64,000 nucleotides of DNA from a virus, in IMG/VR virus record IMGVR_UViG_3300021962_008382, positions 94,916-158,915 of that record; one strand, given 5' to 3'. The notes under the pieces are model-generated. The model had not been told where the DNA came from and did no database searches. It saw only the letters and a list, made by a program, of their open reading frames with translations. Made by a program: the position numbers and the translations under genes. Positions within the stretch are counted from its first letter, which is position 1. The number at the start of each line of letters is the position of its first letter. Below, in pieces: positions 38,950 to 48,626 of this stretch.

Positions 38950-39414
38950 TTAGGATACTTCTAAAGGGCCCTTGGCTTCCTTTACCTTAGGAGGAAGAAG
39001 ACCAGGGAATGCTTCCCGTACAATTTCTTCCTTAAGAGACTTATACTTCTTGGTAAGTTTCTTATCCTTAATAAGACAGATAAGTTCTGCTTCAGAAGAA
39101 TGAAGACCTTCGAGCATTTCGATGAAGAGATTTTCTTTCTTCGACCTAGGTAGATTAGTTTTTGGATCAAGCCAGATATAAAAACGTCTATACTCAGTAA
39201 GAAGATTTGTCTCTTGATATCCTGCAGGCTTGTTTGTTTCTTTGCGGAAAGGAGGCTCCCCCTCCGGTAGCTTCATGTCTACACTTGGATCAAAATTAAT
39301 TTTAAGTAGACCTCTTAAAGCAGGTCTCTCGTTACGTTTCAGCAGGGTAATTTTTTCTTCCTTGGTCTTTGCTTTATCAATCTGTTCAAATAGTTCAGAA
39401 TAAAGAACGTGCAT
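38950..39414 (-). CDS. Conserved T4-like hypothetical protein (DUF6433-like); possible -1 frameshift extension to 38825
   Basis: NFDP....LPEGEPPF; E.LFIEMLEGLH..EAEL....KDKKL..KY..L....VREAFP. Confidence 0.8.
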   Translation of the reverse strand: MHVLYSELFEQIDKAKTKEEKITLLKRNERPALRGLLKINFDPSVDMKLPEGEPPFRKETNKPAGYQETNLLTEYRRFYIWLDPKTNLPRSKKENLFIEMLEGLHSSEAELICLIKDKKLTKKYKSLKEEIVREAFPGLLPPKVKEAKGPLEVS

Positions 39415-40308
39415 TTAAAATTCCTCCAAATGCTCAATCATGAGCTTCATTTTCTTAGCAATAAAGTAATTCAGCAATACGTTTCGATCTCTAGTAACGG
39501 TTAGCTGAGGGTTACTGAAAGTATTTATAATATTTTCACTAATATCTGAAGGAATCGAATCGAGATCTACTAGCATCTTATTACGATCAAAGTTCCTTTT
39601 AAATCTTTCATCAGTAGGCATAGAAGAAGGATCTTCTATCCACGCTTTCATTTTTTCACTTGATACCGGCTTCTGTCTCTCACCTTCAACAATTGCATTA
39701 TCAGAAGTAAGTACATTAGGTACACCATCACCTTTATCCCCTTTAAAAATATGCTCAAGAACATAGTGAGAAGATGGCATAGTAGCCTTTACAAACTTCT
39801 TTTGTATAGGAGAATATTGCCTTACATTACTATATTTCTGCAGCTGAATAAAGTCATGATCGCCTGAGACAATCAAAAACGGGCTTGGTTCCGGGATGAG
39901 AGATCCTTCCTTGTAATCGTTAGTGTATGCCCACTTAGCAAGGGTTGCGATAATATCATCAGCTTCAGCACCCTCGACTTCAACAACGCGATAAGGAAAG
40001 TATGTACTTAACTCTTCCTTTATCAGGTTGATAGCATCGAAGATCATAGTCCAATCGTAACCAGACTCTTGTCTAGCTTTTTTACGATTAGCTTTGTAGT
40101 ACGGGAATACTTGCTTACGCCAATACTTTCTACTGTCGCAGGCAATAACCAGCTCACCAAACTCTTTACTAAATCGAACCTTATGACTTCTTATAGTATT
40201 GACTACCATATGGCGCACAAGGTCAACATCAAGAGTTACATCTTTTCTATTTCCAATCTCAGCCATAATGCTTGAGATTATGGCCTGACTGTAATCAACA
40301 ACTATCAT
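39415..40308 (-). CDS. rnh: T4 RNase H (5'-3' flap exonuclease)
   Basis: YWRK..FPYYKA.RK; EADDII; SGD.DF.QLQ; GDKGDGVPN. Confidence 0.95.
   Translation of the reverse strand: MIVVDYSQAIISSIMAEIGNRKDVTLDVDLVRHMVVNTIRSHKVRFSKEFGELVIACDSRKYWRKQVFPYYKANRKKARQESGYDWTMIFDAINLIKEELSTYFPYRVVEVEGAEADDIIATLAKWAYTNDYKEGSLIPEPSPFLIVSGDHDFIQLQKYSNVRQYSPIQKKFVKATMPSSHYVLEHIFKGDKGDGVPNVLTSDNAIVEGERQKPVSSEKMKAWIEDPSSMPTDERFKRNFDRNKMLVDLDSIPSDISENIINTFSNPQLTVTRDRNVLLNYFIAKKMKLMIEHLEEF
39522..39529 (-). promoter_or_regulatory. T4-type late promoter TATAAATA inside rnh
   Basis: Exact consensus ~110 nt upstream of ORF 38950..39414. Confidence 0.5.
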
Positions 40309-41393
40309 TTAATAACTCTCACAATGATACATTCTTCGTTTATACGCCCGTTAAGAGGCATATCTTTTGTAGTAAGGTCTTCAAAGATACGTCGCAACTG
40401 AATCTTACCTGCACTCAGCACCGACTTAAGAACATCTTTAGGTTTACGAAGCGACTTATGATCCGACATATCCGGGTCATAGTTCTGCAAAGTAGTACCT
40501 TTGATCTGGATACCTTGACTAGAGTCGCAGCGGTAAGCTGCCAGACGTTTATACTTCGTATTATATATCCACACCTGCTCGGCACCAACTATTTCAGAAG
40601 GATGAATCGACTTAACACCAAGCTCAGTATCTTCTTTCTTATATTTTACTTTCGCAGCTTGAACCGAAGGGGGTTTAACTTTCTTGATTCGAGGTTTACG
40701 ATTTGCTTTCTTAAACTGAGCATACTTGTTAAGATCTTCAATCCACTGACCTAGAAGAGAGATCATACCAGTAAGTTTACGTTTACCGATGTTCGAATAA
40801 CCTTCTTTATAGTCAGGGTCGTCAGTCTCGTAAACAAATATATACTGAGACAAGGTGAGGTCTAGCCAACTCTTGATATACGAACAGTACGGCATAGGTA
40901 CAGTTTTACTTTTAAGATCTACGCCGAGGTCAAATTCTTTTCCTGATGAAAGATAATCATCAAGTCGACCCTCTAGTTCACCGATATATTCCCGAGCTTT
41001 ACCTTCGGTATTCTCGCGTACACCTTTTTTACTTACTGCTTCTTCTTCGATGTCTTCAATTACTACACCAGCAGCAGGGGTGAGTAGCTCTTTCATGTAT
41101 GTCTGAAAGGCACCGAGGTGCTTAGGAGAAAGGGAACCTCCAAGCGTAAGAATACGAGCAGCCCAACCGTAAGTCATATTGACACGGGAATCAGGCAGCG
41201 TGTTAAAGTAGCTTAGTAAGTCTTTAGAATAGTTTGCCTTGACGTAAGCTTTGATAAAGTCGCGAGCATCTTTGCGCTCGCGTTCTTGATTATACCAGTT
41301 GAACGACTTACCGATATCAGTATCGTAAGTCTTCTGTCCATACACACAAGGTTTAGGTTCACTACCGTTAGGTTCGAATGTCTTAGTCTTCAT
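40305..41393 (-). CDS. Conserved hypothetical protein of far-T4-like phages
   Basis: FNWYN; SIHP.EIVGA..VWIYNTK.K.L; KGTTL; K.LRKP; NGRIN. Confidence 0.8.
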   Translation of the reverse strand: MKTKTFEPNGSEPKPCVYGQKTYDTDIGKSFNWYNQERERKDARDFIKAYVKANYSKDLLSYFNTLPDSRVNMTYGWAARILTLGGSLSPKHLGAFQTYMKELLTPAAGVVIEDIEEEAVSKKGVRENTEGKAREYIGELEGRLDDYLSSGKEFDLGVDLKSKTVPMPYCSYIKSWLDLTLSQYIFVYETDDPDYKEGYSNIGKRKLTGMISLLGQWIEDLNKYAQFKKANRKPRIKKVKPPSVQAAKVKYKKEDTELGVKSIHPSEIVGAEQVWIYNTKYKRLAAYRCDSSQGIQIKGTTLQNYDPDMSDHKSLRKPKDVLKSVLSAGKIQLRRIFEDLTTKDMPLNGRINEECIIVRVIK

Positions 41394-41631
41394 ATTTTAC
41401 CTCTTTAATAGAGTCATAACGAAACGACCGCCATTCTTTTACGTCAACGTCAAATACTGCGCAGACACCCTCGTTAGGTGTCTTTGTACGTTCGGTTTTC
41501 TTTTCATAGGCAGCAGTAAGATCAGGGCTCAATGTACAGCGCATGATTCTTTCTGACCCATCTTTCTTAGTAAACGTTACGGTTACTATACCGCTACGTA
41601 ACTTACTATCGAGTAACTCGCGTTCAAACAT
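41383..41631 (-). CDS. SH3/WYL-like beta-barrel protein (T4 Y04L/DUF2693-like)
   Basis: VTFTKKDGSER.M.CTL...VFDV...WRSFR.DSI. Confidence 0.85.
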   Translation of the reverse strand: MFERELLDSKLRSGIVTVTFTKKDGSERIMRCTLSPDLTAAYEKKTERTKTPNEGVCAVFDVDVKEWRSFRYDSIKEVKYED

Positions 41632-41655
41632 AACAAATCTCCATTCAACATATAC

Positions 41656-41684
41656 ATTATAGCTAGTTACGTCCGAAAAATCCA
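41656..41684 (-). promoter_or_regulatory. sigma70-type early promoter TGGATT-17-TATAAT
   Basis: Intergenic, upstream of GGAG SD. Confidence 0.6.
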
Positions 41685-41685
41685 G

Positions 41686-42081
41686 CTACTTTACATGAGA
41701 TTTGTGTACTTTGACTTGAATCCAAGAGTTATACCAGTTACTAGAGTCCTCTAGCACTTCTCTAAGAAACTGCTCTTTAGCTTCATAATAATTAGTAGTC
41801 CCTTTGGAGGGGCAAAGATGAAGTATTTCTCTGCTGAAGTTTGTTTCACCTAGCAGTAAAACATCAGCTTTCAGTTCTTCGCTTGAAGACCAGTAACTTC
41901 GCCAGTCGGATTCTATAATGTAAGATTTTCTTTTCTTATTAACTTGCTTTCGCTTTTTTGACCAGAAAAACTTTTTACCAATATACTTCCGACTGTTAGT
42001 AAGATTAGTTATAACGTAAACAAAACCATAATAGTCGCCTGGTTCAGTAAACTGTTGACCTTTGTAATACCACTCACTCAT
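41686..42081 (-). CDS. GIY-YIG nuclease family protein
   Basis: GFVYVITN....RKYIGKK...ESDW..YWSSS...F.REIL...E...YN. Confidence 0.8.
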   Translation of the reverse strand: MSEWYYKGQQFTEPGDYYGFVYVITNLTNSRKYIGKKFFWSKKRKQVNKKRKSYIIESDWRSYWSSSEELKADVLLLGETNFSREILHLCPSKGTTNYYEAKEQFLREVLEDSSNWYNSWIQVKVHKSHVK

Positions 42082-42226
42082 TATAATCTTCTAGTTCATC
42101 TTCGTCATCCTCTGGCTCGATATCACCTCCACAGAAAGGACAAAAGCTTACCACGAAATAATCTTGATTTTGAGAATGTTTAATTTTAAAGTCAGCATCA
42201 CACTGACTGCAGTTATACGATTCCAT
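42074..42226 (-). CDS. Small zinc-ribbon protein (50 aa)
   Basis: Not in ORF track: MESYNCSQCDADF...FCPFCGG plus acidic tail; GAGGAG SD. Confidence 0.75.
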   Translation of the reverse strand: MESYNCSQCDADFKIKHSQNQDYFVVSFCPFCGGDIEPEDDEDELEDYNE

Positions 42227-42229
42227 GTA

Positions 42230-42697
42230 CTACTCCTCTAATAACTTAATAGAATCTATACCACATCGACGTAAAAATTCCCGACCCGATGCGTCTCTGT
42301 AATAATGTCTATAATAAACTTTCTGTATACCTGCACCGTAAATTAGCTTAGCACACTCCATACACGGTGCGTGGGTTATAAACATAATACTATCTTTACC
42401 TGATTCATTACTTCTAGCTAACTTAGCGATGGCATTAGCTTCTGCATGAATAACTTCAGGTTTAGTTTTAAGATCTTTGCTTTCTATAATTTGGCTCTCA
42501 CCGTATATTGCATCTGAAAAATTTACTTCCATATATTCACAAGTATTATCCCACCCAGCTGGTGTTCCGTTATACCCAATAGAAATAATACGATCGTCCT
42601 TTACTATAATAGCGCCTACTTTAAGTTTTTGTGCTGTTGATAGTTCCCCGTATCTTGTAGCCACATCCATATGAGCTTGTATCATTTTATCTTTCAT
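42230..42697 (-). CDS. cd: dCMP deaminase
   Basis: VGAIIV; GYNGTP; HAEANAI; PCMECAK. Confidence 0.95.
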   Translation of the reverse strand: MKDKMIQAHMDVATRYGELSTAQKLKVGAIIVKDDRIISIGYNGTPAGWDNTCEYMEVNFSDAIYGESQIIESKDLKTKPEVIHAEANAIAKLARSNESGKDSIMFITHAPCMECAKLIYGAGIQKVYYRHYYRDASGREFLRRCGIDSIKLLEE

Positions 42698-43677
42698 GAT
42701 GCCCAGACCGAATCCCAGGAACCAGACAGGGCGCCTTTCGCGTAATCGGTTGCACGATTTTCAAAAAAGTTAGTGTGTGTAGGAGCATTAATCATCTCTT
42801 CAACCCAAGGTAGAGGGTTTTTCTTACGCTTGAAAATACCTTTCATACCTAAAGAGATAAGTCTACGATCAGCTATGTATCTAATATATTCCTTTACATC
42901 GGCAGCAGATAGGTTTTGTATACCTCCTGTCTCAAATGCTAGATCAATAAACTTGTCTTCTAACTCTACCATTCTTTCTGCAATGGTGTATATGTTACTC
43001 TTTAACTCATCGTTCCATATACCTTTATTTTCTTCTACGTATGCTCGGAATAGTTTAATCATTGACTCAGCGTGCTGAGTCTCATCGACGATGGACCAGG
43101 TGATGATCTGACCCATTCCTTTCATCTTACCATTACGAGGAAAGTTTAGTAGCATAATGAATGATGAAAATAACTGCATACCTTCTGTAAACGCAGAAAA
43201 CAATGCTATGTTCTCTGCAATAGTGGCAGGATATGTTACTGCATTAGAGCGGTTAAGAATGTAGTCATGCTTGTCTTTCATCGCTTGGTATTCTAGGAAT
43301 TGATTGTACGTTGAATCAGGTAGTCCTAGAGATTCTATAAGGTGAGAATAAGCGGCTACATGGAGAGCTTCACGGGCAGCGAACCCAAGTAACATCATTC
43401 GTATCTCAGGCAGCTTGAAGAAGGGTAGGTAGTTCTTTACATATCCCCCAGCAACGTCGATATCCCCTTGTGTAAAGAATCTAAAGATATGAGTAAGAAA
43501 GTTCTTTTCATCAATAGTAAGTTTCTTCTTCCAGTCTTTTATATCTTCAAGCATAGGTACTTCGGTATGTAACCAATGGCTTTGCTCGTGCTTTAGCCAG
43601 GCATCGTACGCCCATGCGTATGTAAATGGTTTGAACGAAGATCTTTCATCCATTAAACTGTAATCAGATTTTTTCAT
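42694..43677 (-). CDS. nrdB: Ribonucleotide reductase class Ia beta subunit
   Basis: FFTQGD; REALH..AY; EGMQLFSSF; DETQH; NFFENR..Y. Confidence 0.97.
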   Translation of the reverse strand: MKKSDYSLMDERSSFKPFTYAWAYDAWLKHEQSHWLHTEVPMLEDIKDWKKKLTIDEKNFLTHIFRFFTQGDIDVAGGYVKNYLPFFKLPEIRMMLLGFAAREALHVAAYSHLIESLGLPDSTYNQFLEYQAMKDKHDYILNRSNAVTYPATIAENIALFSAFTEGMQLFSSFIMLLNFPRNGKMKGMGQIITWSIVDETQHAESMIKLFRAYVEENKGIWNDELKSNIYTIAERMVELEDKFIDLAFETGGIQNLSAADVKEYIRYIADRRLISLGMKGIFKRKKNPLPWVEEMINAPTHTNFFENRATDYAKGALSGSWDSVWAS

Positions 43678-43678
43678 A

Positions 43679-45475
43679 TTATCCTTCGCAAGCCAGGCAA
43701 GTATCGCCTTCTGTTAAAGCTTTCATATCAAGTTCTTTAATCACTTCTCGTTCGATCTTCTTAGCTACCTTATCTGCTTTACCTATTTTTTCTGAACGAC
43801 AATAGTAGAGAGTTTTTAATTTAAGCTTCCAGGCTAGGTAGTGGATGGCATGTAAGTATCTAACATCAACATCCGGTCTAAAGAATAAGTTAAGAGATTG
43901 AGCTTGGTCGATGTATTCTTGCCTATCTGCAGCATGCTCAATAATCCAGCGCTGATCGATTTCCATGCTAGTCTTGTATGTATCTTTTTGCCAGTCATCT
44001 AGGATATCTAAGTGCTGTACCGAACCATCGTTCGCAATAATGCTAGACCAGATTTCATTATAGTCTATTTGTTCGTTCTCTTTACACTTAGTTTGTATTA
44101 TCTTATCAAGATAGCGATTTTTATTTAAAAACGAACCGGAAAGGGTATCTTGTCTATACGCATTAGCACGATAAGGTTCAATCGACGGGCTAGTATTACC
44201 CATTATAATGGAGCTGCTGGCGTTAGGTGCAATAGCCATCATATGACTAAACCTACGACCAGTGCCTTGAGCATCTGGCGCCTCGCCTCTTTCTTTACCT
44301 AGATCTAGATTTGCTTCTTCTAGTTTAGTTTTAATATGCTTAAACATTCTTATATTAGCGCTTTTCGCGCCAACACTTTCCCAAGGTAAGTTGTTCTTTT
44401 GTAGATAAGCGTGAAAACCTAAAGCCCCTATACCGATAGATCTTTCTCGGGTGGCAGAAAACTTTGCTTTCTTAACTGCAGAAGGAGAATTGTCGATAAA
44501 ATATTGCAATACGTTATCTAACATCTCTGCAACATCACGTAAAAATAAAGTATTATTTTTCCACTTATCATAATACTCTAGATTAACGGAAGAGAGACAG
44601 CATACTGCTGTTCTCTTTTTATCTGTAGGTAGGATGATCTCGCTGCAAAGATTAGACTGCCGTATACTTAGACCAATTTTCTTTTGAAACTCTGGCATAC
44701 TATTATTCGAGGTATCAATAAAGTGCAGATATGGTTCACCGGTCTGCATTCTAATCTCTAGTATTCTCTGCCACAGCTCTTTTGCTGATATAGTATCTTT
44801 TACTTCGCCGGAATGAGGATCCTTGAGATTCCAGGTATCATCTGTAGTATTATCGACCATGCATTTTTCAATCAGTTGCATAAAATCATCAGTAATATTA
44901 ATACCGTGGTGAAGATTTAATGCTCTCATATTCGGGTCGCCAGTTGGCTTACGAATATCTAAGAATAGAAGAATATCGGGATGACTAATATCAAGATAGG
45001 CTGCATACGAGCCTCTACGGGTTCGCCCTTGGCGATAAGCCAGGGAAGAGGCGTCATATGTACGAAGGTGAGGCATTACACCAACGGATTTATCATCGGC
45101 ACTGCGAATACCGATACCAATACCAACACCGCCGCCAAGCATTGATAACCAGTTTACTTCCGACAGAGTGTCGACCAGACCCTCTGCAGAGTCATCCAGG
45201 TAAGGGAGAAAACAAGATATAGGCAGACCGCGGCTACTGCGACCAAAACTAAGAATAGGGGTACTATAAGATAACCAATGCTGGCTACTATATTCATAAA
45301 GTCTTTGAGCGTGTTCATCGTTCGATGAAAAAGCTTTTGAAACATAAGCGAACCTCTCCTGGGGAGAAGCTTCGTCTTCTCTCATATAAGACTCTTTTAG
45401 TCTTCTTACCCCCAACTCATCAAATAAAGAATCTCGAGATAAATCTACCTTAATACCGTGAACAGTAGTCGTCAT
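43679..45475 (-). CDS. nrdA: Ribonucleotide reductase class Ia alpha subunit (no ATP cone)
   Basis: ISCFL; SNLCSEI; APNASSS; IDQAQSLN; TLYYCRS; C-terminal CLAC. Confidence 0.97.
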   Translation of the reverse strand: MTTTVHGIKVDLSRDSLFDELGVRRLKESYMREDEASPQERFAYVSKAFSSNDEHAQRLYEYSSQHWLSYSTPILSFGRSSRGLPISCFLPYLDDSAEGLVDTLSEVNWLSMLGGGVGIGIGIRSADDKSVGVMPHLRTYDASSLAYRQGRTRRGSYAAYLDISHPDILLFLDIRKPTGDPNMRALNLHHGINITDDFMQLIEKCMVDNTTDDTWNLKDPHSGEVKDTISAKELWQRILEIRMQTGEPYLHFIDTSNNSMPEFQKKIGLSIRQSNLCSEIILPTDKKRTAVCCLSSVNLEYYDKWKNNTLFLRDVAEMLDNVLQYFIDNSPSAVKKAKFSATRERSIGIGALGFHAYLQKNNLPWESVGAKSANIRMFKHIKTKLEEANLDLGKERGEAPDAQGTGRRFSHMMAIAPNASSSIIMGNTSPSIEPYRANAYRQDTLSGSFLNKNRYLDKIIQTKCKENEQIDYNEIWSSIIANDGSVQHLDILDDWQKDTYKTSMEIDQRWIIEHAADRQEYIDQAQSLNLFFRPDVDVRYLHAIHYLAWKLKLKTLYYCRSEKIGKADKVAKKIEREVIKELDMKALTEGDTCLACEG

Positions 45476-45503
45476 ACACCCTTCTTAAAATAATTGCTAC
45501 TTG

Positions 45504-45788
45504 TTATTCTTCAAAATCTATTTCATTATATATTGTAGACTGATCGTTATACCATTGAATCCAAGCTTGTACTTTAACACTGCATTCATGATACTTACCA
45601 TAATTAGCAGTAACTATTGCAAGTGTCTCGCTTAAGGTTATAGTACCGGGGGGTACTTGTTGCAGCTCCGGGCACTCTTCCATAAGAGACTGAATAGCCT
45701 CTGGAAAGGTTGGCTTCACCGGAACAGTTGTCGTACCACACCCCACAAGTAGCATAATAAAAAGTAACCATACTTTATTGACTACCAT
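45504..45788 (-). CDS. o-spanin (Rz1-like lipoprotein)
   Basis: Lipobox LVGC, Pro-rich, CP.L...Y.EC...WIQW; overlaps the upstream TM/coiled-coil gene. Confidence 0.8.
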   Translation of the reverse strand: MVVNKVWLLFIMLLVGCGTTTVPVKPTFPEAIQSLMEECPELQQVPPGTITLSETLAIVTANYGKYHECSVKVQAWIQWYNDQSTIYNEIDFEE

Positions 45789-46221
45789 CCTCTTGTATCC
45801 TATTATCGGCTGCTGTGTTTAGAATATCAAGAGCTTCTGGAGTAATCTTACACTCTTTATCGATAAGTTTTTCAACTTCTCGAATTCGCTCTTGAACAAC
45901 ATACTGAACATCAGTCACCGTTTGGACACGGTCTACATATTGTATTTCAATTTGCGTATTTGCGTTCTTTGCTTTAGCTTCAGCAATCAAAGCCTTAGCT
46001 TCCATCTGCTTTACTTTTGTTTGCCAACCAGCTTCATTAGCAATCATACCTTCAAAGTAAATACCAGCTACTAATAAGCATATAGATGCTATTTGTATTG
46101 GTAATTTATATTGATTTAATAACGGAAAAATACCTAGAAAATAGGAAGTAAATAACCCGACAACACCAGCGAAGGTTATAATATGAAATGCTATATCGGG
46201 TAAGAAATTTAGAATCCACAT
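45775..46221 (-). CDS. i-spanin (Rz-like)
   Basis: N-terminal TM helices, coiled coil, late C residue; adjacent to the lipoprotein; late promoter. Confidence 0.8.
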   Translation of the reverse strand: MWILNFLPDIAFHIITFAGVVGLFTSYFLGIFPLLNQYKLPIQIASICLLVAGIYFEGMIANEAGWQTKVKQMEAKALIAEAKAKNANTQIEIQYVDRVQTVTDVQYVVQERIREVEKLIDKECKITPEALDILNTAADNRIQEDGSQ

Positions 46222-46228
46222 ACTGAGG

Positions 46229-46236
46229 TATTTATA
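46229..46236 (-). promoter_or_regulatory. T4-type late promoter TATAAATA
   Basis: Exact consensus 7 nt upstream of the i-spanin ATG. Confidence 0.75.
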
Positions 46237-46960
46237 GATCTACTAGGGTATCTATCATTGGGAAAATTCTATGAATAGCATATGCACATTCTCTAGCAAT
46301 CATAATATGCTCCAGCTGAGTGCCATGAGCAGCTCGTAATTGTATATAGTGTATCCAAGATCTCAAGGTACCGTTCATATAGAGTTTAGATACCGTATTA
46401 CCTTCAGGTAGAACTGCTCGAGCTTGCTCTTTAGCTATACCATTGCTAATAGCCCAGTTATATGCCATCTTAGCTTCATGAATAACTAACTGCTGCTTTG
46501 CATACCATTGAGCTTCTAAATTTTTTTCTTCCTGACTATCACCCAGCTGAAGACTATTTTGTCTATTCTTATTATCCTGTAATCTAGCTTTTCTAATAAC
46601 AAAATTTAAATTGTCTACTGGGTTAGCATAGCGCTGACTAAACTCTTGAAACGAAAACGATCTATGACGAAGAATCTGTCTTGCAATATCTCTTGTGGTG
46701 GTAATTTCCATACACGCAGATACCATCTCAAGTGGAGACCAGTGTTGATGTTCGATAAGATATTTAATTAATTTATCTGATGTTTGTACATTATACTGGT
46801 TTTGAGGGTTAGAAACTCTTGCGCAGAATGCAACTAGTAACTCTAAATCCTTTATTTCCGCTATATCTCGTACTGGGGTAGAATGCGAAATAAGTCTAAC
46901 TTTCTGAATCTCTTCGCTTAGCTTAAGACCTCCTACATTGTATTCATGCAACGTTTCCAT
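46232..46960 (-). CDS. thyX: FAD-dependent thymidylate synthase
   Basis: HWSPLE; RHRSFSFQEFSQRY; EQARAVLP. Confidence 0.97.
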   Translation of the reverse strand: METLHEYNVGGLKLSEEIQKVRLISHSTPVRDIAEIKDLELLVAFCARVSNPQNQYNVQTSDKLIKYLIEHQHWSPLEMVSACMEITTTRDIARQILRHRSFSFQEFSQRYANPVDNLNFVIRKARLQDNKNRQNSLQLGDSQEEKNLEAQWYAKQQLVIHEAKMAYNWAISNGIAKEQARAVLPEGNTVSKLYMNGTLRSWIHYIQLRAAHGTQLEHIMIARECAYAIHRIFPMIDTLVDL

Positions 46961-47967
46961 GCTATAAACCTCGCTTGTGCAGTAAGACCACTAAATGTAT
47001 TGTTTTTAATAATATTAAAAATATTTTTATCTGCTTGTATCATCTGATTTATATCTTTTTGTTCTAATGTTTGCGGCCAGATTACAACACTAAAACCTTT
47101 ATCTATATTTTTTTTAATGATAGCACATACTTCTTTATTTCTAGGCTGATTATCGAACACAAGCACTAGTTTATCTTTACTTATACCTAAGCTGCCTACT
47201 TTATCAAAAGAAGTTCCGTTAGCTGCAATTGCATTATCCAAAAACAAGCTATCAATAGGGCCTTCAACGCAATATACGGTCTTATTCTTATTTACTTTAT
47301 TTAAGTTAAATATTAACGGGTCATCTTCTTTAATTTTAATTGTTATGTAACGTAAAGCTTCACCTCTAATAGCTCTGCAGGTTACTCCTGAGAGTTGTAA
47401 TTGCTCATTATAAAACGGAAATACTAACCGAGGCTCTTCCCCTACAATACTTTCTTTATATTTACTATTAAGCTGTACAATATCTTTTATATTAGGTATG
47501 AAGTAGATGTCTTGATAACGACCCTCAGGTATTTTTCTTTCTTTACAGTACTGAATCGCTTCGTGATCATCGGGTAGTCTATCTAATCGTTCTAATAATG
47601 AGTCAAGAAGTGAATCTGGTTTAGGTTGAGTAAATACAGGTTGAGCAAAAACAGCACTTATATTATTAGCTTGAGTATTAACGGTTTTACCTTCCGAATA
47701 TTTCTCTACAACGTATTGAGAATAAAGCTGAGAGTCAAGTTGTTTTAAGAAGGTACTAAACGCCATACTGCAATCGCAATTATGACATTTATATCTGAGA
47801 TCGTTTTTCTTATTAAAGAAGTAACCGCGTGCTTTGCGTACATTCTTAAGAGAATCCCCGCATATAACACATCTACAATTATAAAGATTATCAGACTTCT
47901 TCTTGAATAGAGGAAGTCGGTTACTTATTAGAGAAAGATACTTCTGATCAAGATACAATGACATCAT
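46933..47967 (-). CDS. gp61: DNA primase gp61
   Basis: RC..CGDS......RG...KCHNC zinc finger; EGPIDSLF; DNQPRN; KDIN. Confidence 0.96.
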   Translation of the reverse strand: MMSLYLDQKYLSLISNRLPLFKKKSDNLYNCRCVICGDSLKNVRKARGYFFNKKNDLRYKCHNCDCSMAFSTFLKQLDSQLYSQYVVEKYSEGKTVNTQANNISAVFAQPVFTQPKPDSLLDSLLERLDRLPDDHEAIQYCKERKIPEGRYQDIYFIPNIKDIVQLNSKYKESIVGEEPRLVFPFYNEQLQLSGVTCRAIRGEALRYITIKIKEDDPLIFNLNKVNKNKTVYCVEGPIDSLFLDNAIAANGTSFDKVGSLGISKDKLVLVFDNQPRNKEVCAIIKKNIDKGFSVVIWPQTLEQKDINQMIQADKNIFNIIKNNTFSGLTAQARFIAWKRCMNTM

Positions 47968-47983
47968 ACACTCCTATAAGTGT

Positions 47984-48012
47984 ATTGTATGCTACTGTAT
48001 GCTAATAATCAA
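47984..48012 (-). promoter_or_regulatory. sigma70-type promoter TTGATT-17-TACAAT
   Basis: Intergenic, upstream of the primase AGGAG SD. Confidence 0.65.
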
Positions 48013-48015
48013 CTA

Positions 48016-48393
48016 CTATTGTAATAAAACGGAAAAATCTACCAGAGCAAATACATAACCTAAAACAGCTGCTGTTACGGTAGCTCCCCCGACCAGCATC
48101 CATTTCCACCGATTTAGCTCTTCGATCTGATCGTGAATAACTTTGTGCTGAGCCGTACTTGAAGCAGTCTGCTCATCTAATTTTTGTATTAACTTCTCGT
48201 GCTTATTATCTAATTCCAACCTGAAATCATCTCGTAGCTCACTAATACGGTGATGTAGAACTGCGTAACTAGAGTCTACTTTTTGCTCTAATTTAGTTAC
48301 ATTGGAAGTTATATTATCTACTTGAGATTCTAAAACTGAGACTCTCGACAGAGTAGACTCTTTAGCATTTCTTGTTGACATCGACGCTTCCAC
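48016..48393 (-). CDS. Coiled-coil protein with C-terminal TM helix (XhlA-like/holin candidate)
   Basis: Long coiled coil then RWKWMLVGG-hydrophobic segment. Confidence 0.6.
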   Translation of the reverse strand: MEASMSTRNAKESTLSRVSVLESQVDNITSNVTKLEQKVDSSYAVLHHRISELRDDFRLELDNKHEKLIQKLDEQTASSTAQHKVIHDQIEELNRWKWMLVGGATVTAAVLGYVFALVDFSVLLQ

Positions 48394-48626
48394 TATTTTT
48401 TCTTGTTCTTTCTTGGCTTACGGGGTTTCTTAATATCGATGGGCTGTAATACGGGTTCGTTTATTCTAATAAGAGGTGTATCATCTAAACGAAATGTAGA
48501 TTCGTGAGTAGTAGTTATAGGTTCTGGCACTTCTGGGATAATTGGTAAAGGAGATTCTTCAGCTGAACATTTTGCTGGTGGTTCCGGTTTACTCCCTATT
48601 AAGAATTTTAATAACATACCAATCAT
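48393..48626 (-). CDS. Hypothetical protein
   Basis: Pro-rich with basic tail; operon packing. Confidence 0.55.
   Translation of the reverse strand: MIGMLLKFLIGSKPEPPAKCSAEESPLPIIPEVPEPITTTHESTFRLDDTPLIRINEPVLQPIDIKKPRKPRKNKKK

Noticed and set aside
41686-42081. GIY-YIG ORF as a mobile homing endonuclease or intron
   Set aside because: Catalytic domain only, with no DNA-binding repeats; flanking nrdA, nrdB and thyX are uninterrupted
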